Part shown: positions 49,524 through 58,982 of the stretch, piece by piece | Position numbering within the stretch: the first letter of the stretch is position 1 | How the letters are laid out: every line of letters begins with the position of its first letter | Source of the DNA: Candidatus Dormiibacterota bacterium | Lineage (GTDB): Bacteria; Chloroflexota; Dormibacteria; Aeolococcales; Aeolococcaceae | DNA: 64,000 nucleotides | Assembly: GCA_963718525.1 (NCBI GenBank) | Contig: OY970355.1 | Span: forward strand, 3,272,190 to 3,336,189 | Direction: 5' to 3' | Made by a program: the position numbers and the translations under genes | The notes under the pieces: model-generated | Databases searched by the model: none | The model's input: only the letters and a program-made list of their open reading frames with translations | What the model was told of the DNA's origin: nothing

Positions 49524-50515
49524 GCCGATCGCTCGTCGATCCAGGCACGGAGACGCGCCTGTGCGGCGCCGTTGGCCCCCGCCAGCGAGAGCCCGGCAAG
49601 CGCCGCGCCCACGACGGGTCTGGTGGTGCACACGGTTGTCTCCGCCATGGGTGCCTCGACTCGAATCCCGGCCGAGATGAAGTCCAGGAGGATCGAGCGG
49701 CTGGAAGCAAGGATCGAACCCCCCAGCACCACCTGAACGGGGGCATCCTGCATCTCGAGTTGATGCAGTGCGGCGATCGCAAGCCGGGTCACCTCCGATC
49801 CCTGGCGACGCATGATCGCAAGTGCCTCATCGTCGCCCGCCTCCGCTGCGCTGACGACAAGCGGTGGCAATTCAACCAGCCGCGTCGCGCTCAACGTGCC
49901 CTGATGGATCGCGACCGCGACGTCCAACGCGGTCGCGTAGCCGAAATACCCGGCGACCTCGTGAGCCAGCGTGGTCGGCGCACCCCGTCCATCCTCGCAG
50001 CGGACCCCGGCGCCGAGGGCAGCCATGCCGATGTCGGACCCACCGCCCCAGTCACCGGTGATGTCACCGAGCGCCGGGAACCAGGCTCGCCGTCCGGACG
50101 GAGCGGTTCCGACACAGTTCACACCGGCGCCAACCGTGACTGCGACGCCGTATCCCGTGCTGGTCGCTGCCCAGAGCACGGCGAACACGTCGTTGGCGAC
50201 GTGGTTCTGCTCCGCCCAACCCCTGGCGGCCACCGCCTCTGCAAGTGCAACCTCCTCGGCGGGCAGATCCGCTCCCGCCATGAACACCGCCGCGACGGCC
50301 GCGCGATCGCCGTTGCGCGAGGGGAGGCCGGCTTCGATCCAGGCGCGATCCACCAGGTCGTCGACCACGTGCACGGCCGGCCCCAGGCCCAGTTGATGTG
50401 GCGACGACCCGGCGCCTCGGACGGACGACAACACGATCCCGTCCGAGCGGAGGAGCAGGACGTCGGTCTTGGAGTTCCCCCCGTCGACGGCGATGACGAG
50501 GTCGTCTGGTGTCAT
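49520..50515 (-). CDS. BadF/BadG/BcrA/BcrD-family amino-sugar kinase
   Basis: VDGGNSKT, ANDVFA, GAGVNC, GDWGGG, LGGS motifs. Confidence 0.88.
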   Translation of the reverse strand: MTPDDLVIAVDGGNSKTDVLLLRSDGIVLSSVRGAGSSPHQLGLGPAVHVVDDLVDRAWIEAGLPSRNGDRAAVAAVFMAGADLPAEEVALAEAVAARGWAEQNHVANDVFAVLWAATSTGYGVAVTVGAGVNCVGTAPSGRRAWFPALGDITGDWGGGSDIGMAALGAGVRCEDGRGAPTTLAHEVAGYFGYATALDVAVAIHQGTLSATRLVELPPLVVSAAEAGDDEALAIMRRQGSEVTRLAIAALHQLEMQDAPVQVVLGGSILASSRSILLDFISAGIRVEAPMAETTVCTTRPVVGAALAGLSLAGANGAAQARLRAWIDERSA

Positions 50516-51771
50516 GCGAACGCAGGGAGGTATTTGCGGTTCGCGGCGAGCAGGTCGTCCAGCAACTGTTCCGCCAAGCCGCTCTGGCCGATGAGCGGAT
50601 GAGTCAGGAGCGCACGAAACGCGAGCTCGCGGTCGCCGGTGACGGCTGCGCCGGCGGCGAGCGCTTCATATGCGGCGGTGTGGGCAATCAGACCCGCCTG
50701 GTGTGGGGGAAGGGCCGGGACCAGCAGCGGCTGCGCGCCCCTTGTGTCCACCCGCGCCGGCACCTCGATCACCGCCTCGTCGGACAGCTCGGGAATGGTC
50801 CCGTTGTTGCGGACATCCACGACCTGAACATCGGGGTCACCGCCGAACAGCGAGCCCAGCAGGTTGATCGCCGCCTCGCTGTAGTAGGCGCCACCTCGCT
50901 GCATGAGCAGGTCGGGTGTGTCCTGAAGCTGCGGGTCGCGATAGAGCTTCAGCAGCTCGCGCTCGACATCCATGACCTCTTCGGCACGACTGCGCAACTC
51001 GAGAAGTTCCTGCACGACAAGGTCGTGCTGGTAGTAGTAGCGGAGGTAATACGACGGCACTGCGGCAAGGTTGTCGATGATCCGCCGCGGCAGCTCCACG
51101 TGGGCCGCGATCTCGTCGCCGTGCGTGCGCAGCAAGAGCGGAAGCACGTCCTCGCCGTTCACCTCGACCGAGCGGATCCAGGTGAGATGGTTCAGCCCGG
51201 CATGTCCGAGGTGCACGGATTCGGGTGGGACGTCCAGCCAGCCGGCGAACAGACGCTGAAACCCGATCGCGACGTTGCAGAGGCCGACGGCTCGGTGACC
51301 ATGATCGAGAAGGGCTCGAGTCACGACACCCACCGGGTTGGTGAAGTCGATGATCCAGGCGTCATCAGCTGCGAGGCTGCGGACCTTGTCTGCGATGTCG
51401 AGAACGACCGGCACGGTGCGGAGTGCCTTGGCGAATCCCCCCGCGCCGGTCGTCTCCTGACCGACACACCCGCATCGGAGTGGGATGGTCTCGTCGGTGT
51501 GGCGGGCCGCCTGCCCCCCGACCCGGATCTGCAGCAGCACGGCTGACGCGCCGTCGACCGCCGAGTTGAGGTCGCTCGTCAGCGTGAGACTGCCGTGATA
51601 CCCGTGTGCACGTGCGATGCGCTGCGCTGCGCCGCCGACCATGTCGAGGCGCTGTTCGTCGGTGTCCTGCAGGACCACCTCATCGAGTCCGAGGCTCTCG
51701 CTGACCAGGCCGAATCCCTCCACCAGCTCGGGGCTGTACGTACTCCCCCCACCGACGACCGCTACCTTCAT
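50512..51771 (-). CDS. GH4 NAD+-dependent (phospho)-beta-glycosidase
   Basis: VVGGGSTYSPE, QIRVGG, GQETTGAGG, DFTNP, GLCN, GLNHL, RGGAYYSE. Confidence 0.93.
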   Translation of the reverse strand: MKVAVVGGGSTYSPELVEGFGLVSESLGLDEVVLQDTDEQRLDMVGGAAQRIARAHGYHGSLTLTSDLNSAVDGASAVLLQIRVGGQAARHTDETIPLRCGCVGQETTGAGGFAKALRTVPVVLDIADKVRSLAADDAWIIDFTNPVGVVTRALLDHGHRAVGLCNVAIGFQRLFAGWLDVPPESVHLGHAGLNHLTWIRSVEVNGEDVLPLLLRTHGDEIAAHVELPRRIIDNLAAVPSYYLRYYYQHDLVVQELLELRSRAEEVMDVERELLKLYRDPQLQDTPDLLMQRGGAYYSEAAINLLGSLFGGDPDVQVVDVRNNGTIPELSDEAVIEVPARVDTRGAQPLLVPALPPHQAGLIAHTAAYEALAAGAAVTGDRELAFRALLTHPLIGQSGLAEQLLDDLLAANRKYLPAFA

Positions 51772-53036
51772 GCGCTCTTGTCGGCAGGGGCTTCCTCACC
51801 GCGGCGCTGTTCGCGAACCCTCATCAGATCGATCGCGGTTCGGGCGATCGGTGTGTCGGAGCCGAAGATGCGGTCAAGGGCGAGACGCAGGCCGGTAGTG
51901 CTGCAGCCCGCGATCACCGCGTCAACACCGAGCGTCGACACCTCGAGCCGCGGTGAGAACGGTGAGATCGATGCCAGCGCATCGCCGATCGGCCGCAGCA
52001 GCAGATCGCCGCCACCGGTGCCGATGCCACCTCCCAGGACGACCAGCTCCGGATCGAGCACGGCGGCGACCGCGGCAATCGCGTGAGCAAGACGGCGCGC
52101 CTCGATGCGCACGACCCGGTCCGCGTTCGGGTCACCGTGGCGGGCCGCGTCGAAGATCGACGCGACCGATGCGGCGGAGCGCACACCGTTCTCTCGCGCC
52201 AGCGCAACGATCGCTGCTGATCCGACGAGACTCTCGTAAGCGCCGGTTCCCCAGGTCGCGCGATGGCCGTCACCGACCTCGGCATCGAGGTCGAGGCGGA
52301 GAAACGCGATCTCGCCGGCGAGCCCTGCAGCGCCGCGACGGAGCGCGCCGTCGACGAAGACCCCGGTCGCGACCCCGGTGCCGACCGAGAGCAGGACGAA
52401 GTCGTCGCTGTCCTGGGCAACCCCGTGCACGTGCTCCCCAACCGCGGCCATGTTGACGTCGTTCTCGAATACCACCGGGGCTACCAGGGCTTCGCGGATC
52501 GCGGGGATCACCTTGGGGCTTTCCCAGCCTGCGAGCTGCGGCGCGAGGGACAGATGATCAGCGCCCGGACGCAGAACGCCGGGAGTGCCGACCACAACCT
52601 GGTTGATGTCGTCCAGCGTGATCCCAGCGTCGCCGGTCAGCGTCTCCGCGGCCCGGCGCAACTGCGAGATGACCGCTTTCGCGGTGCTCCGCGGTGTCCG
52701 AGCGGCGCAGCGGCCGACCACCGCACCAGTGAGGTCCACGAGCGCCGCGCGGACCCACTCGCGGCCCACGTCAAGGCTCAGCACCCATCCGGCACGCGGG
52801 TTGACGTCGTAAAGCTGGGCGCTCGGACCCGGCAGACCGCTGGTGCGCCCTACGCGGTGCAGCAGCCCGAGATCCACGAGCTGCCCGAGCACCTCGGAGA
52901 CCGTCGGCTTGGAGAGACCGGTGCTCCGGACCAGATGGGGTGCGGCAACGGGTCCGCCCGCATGCACCAGCTCGAAGGTGGTGCGGAGGTTGATCGCGCG
53001 AAGCAGACTGGGCTTCGCAGCTTCCGGAGCCGGCAT
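51768..53036 (-). CDS. ROK family transcriptional repressor (CsnR-like)
   Basis: N-terminal HTH (GLSKPTVS), ENDVN, GTGV, GLAGEI, VLGGG; GGGAG upstream of GTG/ATG at 53039/53036. Confidence 0.9.
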   Translation of the reverse strand: MPAPEAAKPSLLRAINLRTTFELVHAGGPVAAPHLVRSTGLSKPTVSEVLGQLVDLGLLHRVGRTSGLPGPSAQLYDVNPRAGWVLSLDVGREWVRAALVDLTGAVVGRCAARTPRSTAKAVISQLRRAAETLTGDAGITLDDINQVVVGTPGVLRPGADHLSLAPQLAGWESPKVIPAIREALVAPVVFENDVNMAAVGEHVHGVAQDSDDFVLLSVGTGVATGVFVDGALRRGAAGLAGEIAFLRLDLDAEVGDGHRATWGTGAYESLVGSAAIVALARENGVRSAASVASIFDAARHGDPNADRVVRIEARRLAHAIAAVAAVLDPELVVLGGGIGTGGGDLLLRPIGDALASISPFSPRLEVSTLGVDAVIAGCSTTGLRLALDRIFGSDTPIARTAIDLMRVREQRRGEEAPADKSA

Positions 53037-53099
53037 CACGTGGGTCTCCCGACGAAGGTTAGTAAGGTTGGTTGTCTTCAACATCCTGCCCGACGGCCG

Positions 53100-55073
53100 T
53101 CACGGAATGCTCGGGTCGTCGTCGATCTGCCACGCAAACGCCATCGGGGTGGCGGCGGTGAGGTCGATCGCAGGCTCGTCGGTCGACCACAACTGCACGT
53201 TGTCCTGGAACACGGAGGTTGCGCTGTCGAACTGGGCGAACCTGTCGCCGCCATTGCCAGGGCACGTTCGCATGCCCGCCACCAGCCCGGTCGCAGCGAA
53301 GGAGTTCGGGCCTTCCACCGCGGCGCCGGCGAGCACCGGAGGTGCCCCGTTGAGCGATCCCGCCAGGTTGGCGACCTGGTGCTGCATGCACTCGGGGAAC
53401 GTGCTGCCGTCGCCAACGATCAGCGAGGTGCCCCACGCATTGGCGCCGAGGATGTTGGCGAGCCAGCGCGAGTCGTACTGCGCAAAGGCTGCGCTGCCGG
53501 TGAGCTGGTCGTATTCGGAGGCCATGACCACGAGGCCGGCACCGTGCGTGGTCGTGTCGAACGTGTCCCAGGAGAATCCGAAGCCGAACGGATCCATACC
53601 GCTCTGGCTGACGGCCTTGTCGAGCTGCTTGGCCAGGTCGGAGAGGAGTTGAGCTCCGGTCACCTCGACGCTGGGATGACCGGCGTGCTCGATGGCCCGG
53701 AAGAGCTCGTAGTGCGCGAGGCCGCTGACGTCATACAGGTTGAGCGAGTCCGCCGCGTCGTACGGACCGGTGATGTACGCATGCGCCCAGTGCGCCGCCT
53801 GGCGCAGGTAGTACATCGGGTCGGTGGTGGGGACCCCGGCCGGTGCGGGACCCGCGGACAGCGCGTCGTAGAGCTCAGTGGCTCCCCACTCGAGGTCGTC
53901 GCGCCATTCCTTTTCAGGGTAGAAGCCGTACGGCACTGCGGTCTGCAGACGTCCCGGATGGGTATCCGCAAGGGCGAAGACGTCCTCCCCATCCTTGAGA
54001 CACCCCGCCGCCTGGACGGGCTCGGTCACCCGGTCCAGCTGATAGCAGAGCGCGAAGTCCGCGGCGAGACGCCCGGCGAGATTGGGGCTGATCAGCGATC
54101 CTGGCGGGGCCGCGCGGAAGACAGGACGGTTGCGGATATATCGATCGGCCGGATTGCTTCCGCCATAGGTGTCATCAACCTGGGGCAGCCGCCAGATGTC
54201 GTGGTCACTGACGGTCTGGCCGTTGCCTGCGCCGATGCCAACCTGGAGGTAGAGCGTTTTGGTGCTGTCGTTCCACATGTGCTCGAGCCAGCTGAGGCCG
54301 AAGGCCGCCTCGGCGCCGTAGTTGGCGGTTGCCGACCCGGGACCGAGCTGGCTGGGAAAGTCGCGGACGTCGGTCTCCATCATGCCGACGACGTAGCTGG
54401 TCGTTTCGGTGAACTTCAGGTAGTCACCCGCGTCCCACCACCCGCCGGACGCGTCGATGCTCACGCCGAGCGCGGTGAGGGCACCCTTGAAGTTGCCGTT
54501 GCTGTTGACGTCGGGAATGAGATAGGTCATCGCGTTCGCATCGTTGAGGTGCCCCGGGGCGCGTCGCAGCGCGGATGGGATGAAGTGGGCACCGTCGCGC
54601 TCGTTCTGATAGAAGGCCAGTGAGTTGGCCATCGCGGCTGCGTAGAGGTGCGCAGCACTGTCGATGCGAAACGCTGGTGAGCGCACCTGCATCGACCCGT
54701 CGCTGACGACGATTCGATAGGAGCCGGTGCGGTGAACCGTGTCGAAGTCGAGAGCGTACACGTGGCTGTACGTGCTGCTCCACGATCCCTGGCCGGCGCC
54801 GATGCCCGACGCATACGCGACCACTCCATGCGAGTCCACGACGCGGAATGCTGCGTCGGGCACCGCCCCCGAGGTCATCAGATACGCACGCTTTGTCGCG
54901 CCGGTCGCATATCCGATCTGGTTGACCCGAACCTGCGCCTGCAGCGCCGGAGCCGCCTGGGCGTCGCTCGCGGGCATCATCGCCGCCACGGTCACGAGCA
55001 CGCAGGCGGCCGCCGGCAGGCGATGCCGGATGACCAAGCCCCGACGTGGTGGGCGCTCGGGTTTCGCTGTCAT
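53100..55073 (-). CDS. Secreted GH9 glycoside hydrolase with N-terminal Ig-like domain
   Basis: Signal peptide, VRVNQIGY, DASGGWWDAGDYLKF, LGANAWG, FQD...TDEPAID catalytic region. Confidence 0.9.
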   Translation of the reverse strand: MTAKPERPPRRGLVIRHRLPAAACVLVTVAAMMPASDAQAAPALQAQVRVNQIGYATGATKRAYLMTSGAVPDAAFRVVDSHGVVAYASGIGAGQGSWSSTYSHVYALDFDTVHRTGSYRIVVSDGSMQVRSPAFRIDSAAHLYAAAMANSLAFYQNERDGAHFIPSALRRAPGHLNDANAMTYLIPDVNSNGNFKGALTALGVSIDASGGWWDAGDYLKFTETTSYVVGMMETDVRDFPSQLGPGSATANYGAEAAFGLSWLEHMWNDSTKTLYLQVGIGAGNGQTVSDHDIWRLPQVDDTYGGSNPADRYIRNRPVFRAAPPGSLISPNLAGRLAADFALCYQLDRVTEPVQAAGCLKDGEDVFALADTHPGRLQTAVPYGFYPEKEWRDDLEWGATELYDALSAGPAPAGVPTTDPMYYLRQAAHWAHAYITGPYDAADSLNLYDVSGLAHYELFRAIEHAGHPSVEVTGAQLLSDLAKQLDKAVSQSGMDPFGFGFSWDTFDTTTHGAGLVVMASEYDQLTGSAAFAQYDSRWLANILGANAWGTSLIVGDGSTFPECMQHQVANLAGSLNGAPPVLAGAAVEGPNSFAATGLVAGMRTCPGNGGDRFAQFDSATSVFQDNVQLWSTDEPAIDLTAATPMAFAWQIDDDPSIP

Positions 55074-55076
55074 GGT

Positions 55077-55091
55077 TAGGAATTCTTCCTA
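55077..55091. promoter_or_regulatory. ROK/CsnR-like operator 1 on the GH9 promoter
   Basis: Palindrome TAGGAA-TTC-TTCCTA overlapping the -10 of a minus-strand promoter TTGACA-N17-AAGAAT-N8-ATG. Confidence 0.75.
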
Positions 55092-55196
55092 TCAGGCGTG
55101 GCGATGTCAAGCTGGGGTGCCGCCTGGAACTCGGGATCTGAGCTCACGCTCGGGGCAGCGGCATTGCCACCAGGGTTGACCGAGGTGCTGATGTTA

Positions 55197-55209
55197 AGGT
55201 AGCTTTCCT
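55197..55209. promoter_or_regulatory. ROK/CsnR-like operator 2 on the ABC transporter promoter
   Basis: AGGTAG-C-TTTCCT overlapping the -10 of TTGACC(55176)-N18-TAGCTT. Confidence 0.7.
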
Positions 55210-55277
55210 ATAAATTACCGGCCGCGGATCACTTCTCACCCACACTTGCGGGACAACGAGGCTTCGGAGGAACCCGG

Positions 55278-57020
55278 ATGGTATGGACGTGGCGATCGAA
55301 CAGGAACCCAGCCGCCAGCTGGATGCGACGGTTCAAGCCGATCAGCCTTGTCGTCGTGGCGGGGGTGCTGGCCGCAGCCTGTGGCTCGGCGACCACAGGT
55401 GGCGGCGGGGGTGGGACGAGCAACAGCGGCAAGGTGGGCGGCAAGCTGCTCATCGACAACGAGAGCGGCAGCACCTGGACCTGCCAGTTCAACCCGTTCA
55501 ATCCGTCGGTGAACATCACATCTGTCGGATTCGTCTACGAGCCCCTGGAGTTCATCAACATCCTCCAGACAAACGCCGACGGCACGCCCAAGGTGATGCC
55601 GTGGCTCGCAACGGGATCGACGTGGAGCAACGACTTCACCACATTGACGATGACCATCAGAAGTGGCGTGAAGTGGAGCGACGGGTCCGCGTTCAGCGCC
55701 AGCGACGTGGTCTACACCTTCAATGCCCTGAAAGGCGATGCCGCACTCGACCTCAATGCCCTCTGGGCGTCGGATAGCGGTCCACTCACCAGCGTGGCGC
55801 CGCAGGGCAGCGATCAGGTCGTGTTCACCTTCAACGCGCCGGCACAGTCGTACTTCTACTACGTCGCCGATCAGACGCCGATCATTCCGCAGCACATCTG
55901 GGGGGCGCTGGATCAGAGCAAGCTCGACTCCAATGCGGACGCCAACCCGGTCGGGACCGGCCCGTATCTGATGTCGAGCTGCTCTCAGGACAACATCAAG
56001 TACCTGCGCAACACGACCTACTGGCAGAGCAAGCCCGGACACCCGGTTCCTCAGGTGGCCGAGGTCGATTACCCCGCATTCCTCAGCAACACGTCCGCGA
56101 ACCTCTACCTGGCCCAGGGCCAGGCGCAGTGGGGAGCACAGTACATCCCCAACATTCAGTCCTACTACATCAGCAAGAACCCCTCGACGCGCCACTACTG
56201 GTTCCCGCCGACGCTCAACGTGTCGCTCTTCCCCAATCTCACGAACCCCTTGCTCGGCAACCTTGCGGTGCGCCAGGCAATTGCGATGGCCATCGATCGC
56301 TCGCAGGTGTCGCAGCGCGGTGAAAGCGGATACGAGCCCGCGGCGAATCAGACCGGGATCGTTCTGCCCACCTACAAGGCGTGGTATGACAAGTCGCTCG
56401 ACACGCTCACCTATGACCCCACCAAGGCGGAGCAGACCCTTCAGGCCGCCGGATTCACCAAGGGATCGAACGGCATCTACGCGAACGCGCAGGGGCAGCA
56501 GCTCGCCTTCACCATCAAGTCGATCAGCGGTTACACAGACTGGGACGCTTCACTGCAGGTGATCACCCAGGAGCTCAAGGCGGTCGGCATCGACGTGACC
56601 GTCCAGGACGAGACCAGCACCCCGTACACCAATGACACCCAGCACGGCAACTTCCAGCTCGCGTATGGGGAGATGCCGGTCGCCGGCCCCGGGCCCTACT
56701 ACGAGCTCCGTCCGATGCTCTTCAGCGGCAGCATCGGCTCGACCAACTACGAACGCTACAAGTCGAGCTCGACCGACGCTCTCTTCAACCAGTATTCGGG
56801 TGCTTCCCCGTCCCAGCAGCTGCAGATCATTCATCAGATCTCGACGATCATGGCCCAGGATCTTCCGGTCATCCCCGTCACCGAGGGCGTCGACTGGTAC
56901 CAGTACGACACCACCAGCTTCGGGGGATGGCCCACCCAGTCCAATCCCTACGCGCAGCCCCCGGTGTGGGCGACCCCCGACAACGGAGTCGTCCTCACGC
57001 AACTCTATCCGGTGAGCTAG
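55278..57020 (+). CDS. ABC transporter family-5 substrate-binding lipoprotein
   Basis: GGAGG ribosome-binding site, lipobox LAAAC, FNPF, VYEPL, KWSDG, PVGTGPY, VRQAIAMAIDR. Confidence 0.93.
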   Translation: MVWTWRSNRNPAASWMRRFKPISLVVVAGVLAAACGSATTGGGGGGTSNSGKVGGKLLIDNESGSTWTCQFNPFNPSVNITSVGFVYEPLEFINILQTNADGTPKVMPWLATGSTWSNDFTTLTMTIRSGVKWSDGSAFSASDVVYTFNALKGDAALDLNALWASDSGPLTSVAPQGSDQVVFTFNAPAQSYFYYVADQTPIIPQHIWGALDQSKLDSNADANPVGTGPYLMSSCSQDNIKYLRNTTYWQSKPGHPVPQVAEVDYPAFLSNTSANLYLAQGQAQWGAQYIPNIQSYYISKNPSTRHYWFPPTLNVSLFPNLTNPLLGNLAVRQAIAMAIDRSQVSQRGESGYEPAANQTGIVLPTYKAWYDKSLDTLTYDPTKAEQTLQAAGFTKGSNGIYANAQGQQLAFTIKSISGYTDWDASLQVITQELKAVGIDVTVQDETSTPYTNDTQHGNFQLAYGEMPVAGPGPYYELRPMLFSGSIGSTNYERYKSSSTDALFNQYSGASPSQQLQIIHQISTIMAQDLPVIPVTEGVDWYQYDTTSFGGWPTQSNPYAQPPVWATPDNGVVLTQLYPVS

Positions 57021-57062
57021 CGTAGTCCCGATGCTCAGGGTCAGGGCGCGGCCGACGCGGCG

Positions 57063-58034
57063 GTGAGGTACGTCACCCGCCGCGTCGGCCTGTTCCTCAT
57101 CACACTCTGGGCGGCCCTCACCGTCAACTTCATCATCCCGCGCGTGATGCCGGGCAATGAGGCAACCTCGGTGCTGGCCACGTTCCACGGCGTCAACCCG
57201 GCGGCGTTGCACGCGCTGCAGATCGAGTTCGGCGTCAACGTCCATGAGAACCTGGTCGTCACGTACCTGCAGTACATCGCAAACTGCTTCACCGGCCAGT
57301 TCGGCCTCACCGCGCAGCGGGTTCCGGTGCTTAGCGAAATCGCGGGCAAGCTCCCCTGGACGCTTGCACTTGTCGGAGTCACCACGATCATCGCTTTCGC
57401 GATCGGGACGCTGGTCGGGGTGGTCAGCGCGTGGCGGCGGGGCGGCAAGCTCGACGGCATCCTTCCGCCGATGCTCTTCATCGTCGCCACGTTTCCGGTC
57501 TTCTTCGTCGGCCTGCTCCTGCTGTATGTCTTCGCGGTCACCCTCAACTGGCTCCCGCTGAGCTCCAACTACAGCATTGGCGCAACACCCTCGCTGTCGC
57601 TCTCCTTCATCGGTGACGTGCTGACGCACGCCATCCTCCCGGGCCTCAGCCTGGTGATCGTGACCGCCGGCCTCTGGATCTACTCGATGCGCAACAACAT
57701 GATCACGACGCTTGCAGAGGACTACGTGAAGATGGGCCGTGCCAAGGGACTGCCGAGCTGGCGCATCATGACCGACTACGCCGCACGCAACGCGATCCTT
57801 CCCAACCTGACGGGATTCGCCATGCAGTTGGGCTACGTGCTCGGGGGCTCGATCCTCGTCGAGTACACGTTCTCCTACCCGGGTCTCGGGTATCTCTTCT
57901 ACACGAGTACCACGGACCACGACCTTCCGCTGATGCAGGCGCTGTTCCTCGTCTACACCCTGGCGGTGCTCGTCTGCGTCCTACTTGCGGACTTCGTCAC
58001 CGCCGGGCTGGACCCGCGCACCCGCGATGCATAG
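57063..58034 (+). CDS. ABC permease (OppB-like)
   Basis: PRVMPGN, EDYVKMGRAKGL (EAA loop), VEYTFSYPGLG. Confidence 0.93.
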   Translation: MRYVTRRVGLFLITLWAALTVNFIIPRVMPGNEATSVLATFHGVNPAALHALQIEFGVNVHENLVVTYLQYIANCFTGQFGLTAQRVPVLSEIAGKLPWTLALVGVTTIIAFAIGTLVGVVSAWRRGGKLDGILPPMLFIVATFPVFFVGLLLLYVFAVTLNWLPLSSNYSIGATPSLSLSFIGDVLTHAILPGLSLVIVTAGLWIYSMRNNMITTLAEDYVKMGRAKGLPSWRIMTDYAARNAILPNLTGFAMQLGYVLGGSILVEYTFSYPGLGYLFYTSTTDHDLPLMQALFLVYTLAVLVCVLLADFVTAGLDPRTRDA

Positions 58035-58046
58035 GGAGACCGCTGT

Positions 58047-58982
58047 GTGAGCACAGCCACAATCGCCTCTGAGGCGGCGCCGATCGAACCGATCGTCTCG
58101 ACCCGAGAACAGGGGTCGATGGCGCGCTTCATGCGAGCAGTCCTGCACAATCGCAAGGCCACGGCGGGCAGCGTGATCCTGCTGCTCATCGTGTTGATCT
58201 CCGCATTCCCCGGCGTCATCGCTCGGGATGATCCGCAGGCGGCCATCTATGGCCAGGATCTCGGTCCCTCGTGGCAACACCTCCTCGGCACGACGCAGCT
58301 CGGTCAGGACGTGTTTTCACAGGTCATCTGGGGGACACGCCTCACGCTCATCGTCACGGTCGTGGTGAGCGCAATCGCCACGATCATCTCGATGGTCATC
58401 GGGGTCACCGCCGCGTACGTGGGGGGTTTGACCGATCGCTCTCTCTCGCTGCTCACCGACATCTTTCTCATCCTCCCCACCCTCCCGCTCCTGATCGTGC
58501 TCGCGTCCTACCTTCCTCCGGGGACGGTCACGCTGATCGTCGTGCTGACCCTCACCAGCTGGGCGTTCCAGGCGAGGCAGCTGCGCTCGCAGGGCCTGTC
58601 GCTACGCGCTCGCGATTTCCTTTCCGCCGCTCGGGTGCGTGGCGAGCGAACCTCCTACATCATTCTTGTCGAGATCATCCCCACCATGACGTCGCTCATC
58701 GTCGCGTCATTCCTCGGCCTGTCCGTGTTCGTGGTCGGATTCGCCGCTGGACTCCAGTTTCTCGGACTGGGCAACAGCACGGAACTGACCTGGGGGACGA
58801 TGCTGTACTACGCGCAGCAGGGCGGCGCTCTCGAGGCGGGGAACGCCTGGTGGGCCCTGGCGCCGGGAGCAGCCGTTGCGGTGATGGGTGCCGGGTTCGC
58901 GCTCGTCAACTTCGCCTTTGATGAGATCGGCAATCCCGCGCTCCGGCCAGTGAGAAAGCGACGTGCCAAGACCACTGCTTGA
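58047..58982 (+). CDS. ABC permease (OppC-like)
   Basis: HLLGTTQLGQD, DFLSAARVRG, FLGLG, TWGTML. Confidence 0.93.
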   Translation: MSTATIASEAAPIEPIVSTREQGSMARFMRAVLHNRKATAGSVILLLIVLISAFPGVIARDDPQAAIYGQDLGPSWQHLLGTTQLGQDVFSQVIWGTRLTLIVTVVVSAIATIISMVIGVTAAYVGGLTDRSLSLLTDIFLILPTLPLLIVLASYLPPGTVTLIVVLTLTSWAFQARQLRSQGLSLRARDFLSAARVRGERTSYIILVEIIPTMTSLIVASFLGLSVFVVGFAAGLQFLGLGNSTELTWGTMLYYAQQGGALEAGNAWWALAPGAAVAVMGAGFALVNFAFDEIGNPALRPVRKRRAKTTA

